Source: Balamuthia mandrillaris
Taxonomy: Eukaryota
DNA: 64,000 nt
Assembly: GCA_031835245.2 (NCBI GenBank)
Contig: JAVKOQ020000006.1
Location: 1-64,000 of the forward strand
Direction: 5' to 3'
Shown: positions 62,901 through 64,000 of the stretch, piece after piece
Position numbering within the stretch: the first letter of the stretch is position 1
Layout: every line of letters starts with the position of its first letter
Made by a program: the position numbers and the translations under genes
Notes under the pieces: generated by a model
What the model was told of the DNA's origin: nothing
Databases searched by the model: none
What the model saw: the letters and a program-made list of their open reading frames with translations, nothing else

Positions 62901-63866
62901 ATGTGACGCGACGTGGAGGAAGGGTGGTGGGTAGAGCCCTGCGGAGGAGACCCTTCCCCCTCCCTTCTTCCCTGCGCTTTTCCATGTGCTATCTCCCTGT
63001 ACCTCCTGTCCTCCAAACGGTGCAAGCAGGAGAGGAACCTCCAGGCCAGCCAGAGGGTGCACGCCCACCTCCTCCACCTCTCTTCTTCTGACCGGAAGGT
63101 GTTTTCCCGCATGGCGGCCTCTCTGATCAGCGTGTATGGGGGCATGTGGTCGGTTGGACCTGCCGTGCCGTCTTCGAGCAGCAAGAGTCAAATTGGAGGC
63201 AAGGAGGAGAAAGGCGGAACGGCGATATGGAATGCCATGATGCAAGCGTGCACACAATGTGGGGATGGGCAGGAGGCCTTGCAGCTGTTCCAACAGATGC
63301 AGGAGGCAGGCATGGCAACGGACGCCTTCACCTTCGCTACGGTGCTGAAGACCTGTGGGATGAGGAAGGACATGGCGATGGGGAAGTCCACCACCATGAT
63401 TGCCGTGCATGGGCTGCATGGACAAGGCAAAGCAGACTGGCCGCACTACAAGAGATGGAAGAACACGGCGTGGAGCCAAATGCCATCACCTTCATCAACG
63501 TGCTGAACGCGTGCAGCCATGCAGGGCTGGTGGAGGAAGGCTTGGCCTGCTTTGCTGCCATGAGAGAGAGAAGCACAACATCCAGCCCACCACGGAGCAT
63601 TTCACTTGCATGGGGGACCTGTTGGGGCGGGCAACATCTTCGGCAGCGGCAGGGCGATGGGAAGAGGTGGAGAAGGAGCGGAAGGTGAGGGGAGACGCAC
63701 AGCTTCGTGGTGAAGGACCGCAGCCACCCTCGCAGTACAGAGATCTTCCACCACCGGGACCAGCTGATCCAACAGATGAAGGCAGCGAGAGATCCTGGTG
63801 AGGGATGCCAACCGCTTCCATCACTTCTCTCCTGATGGGCGCTGCGCTTGTGGGGATTATTGGTGA
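62901..63866 (+). pseudogene. Collapsed PLS-E/E+-DYW pentatricopeptide-repeat gene (C-to-U editing-factor type)
   Basis: P/L/S motifs IWNAMMQACTQCG, TFATVLKTCG, LNACSHAGLVEEG, HFTCMGDLLGRA; E2 AAGRWEEV; E+ HSFVVKDRSHP; terminus REILVRDANRFHHFSPDGRCACGDYW*. Multiple frameshifts and deletions. Confidence 0.9.
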
Positions 63867-64000
63867 GCTTTTTCCTTTGATACTGGGAAGGTATGCGGAC
63901 GAGACAGAGCTCTGATATTTTTCTATCGGACATTTGATTTTTTTAAAAAGAAAAGAAAAAAGAGGAGGAAGAGAAAAGGATTTCAGGCGGCGTATTTGCT

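Overview
Gene-dense eukaryotic genomic DNA with short GT-AG introns, many microsatellites and poly-Ser/Gln-rich proteins. The gene content (Clu-domain family, GRASP, DYW-type PPR, DH-kinase) suggests a free-living amoebozoan, possibly Balamuthia/Acanthamoeba-like; this is inference. Host genes: HAL, an NCS-1/frequenin calcium sensor, BCL7-like, CWC27, an IQ-repeat protein, mitochondrial L21, SMIM13-like, dynein intermediate chain (5' end missing), a Clu-domain protein, GRASP, a homeobox protein, RAD23, diacylglycerol kinase, a DH-pseudokinase and a collapsed DYW-PPR gene. Mobile DNA is confined to two islands. The first (1-4.2 kb) holds decayed LINE, copia and solo-LTR pieces. The second (19.1-33.6 kb) is a resolvable nest: a LINE carries two 200-bp TG..CA elements and a self-insertion, and abuts a Harbinger-like DNA transposon whose transposase is split by a complete Ty3/gypsy element. 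Most notable observations: (1) a predicted 3-nt micro-exon supplying the Ca2+-ligating Glu12 of EF-hand 2 in NCS-1; (2) a plant-type RNA-editing DYW-PPR gene shortened by serial deletions; (3) the TE nest coinciding with loss of the dynein IC 5' end; (4) CpG decay in the TEs that appears to extend into an adjacent gene. All calls come from manual reading; no database searches were run.
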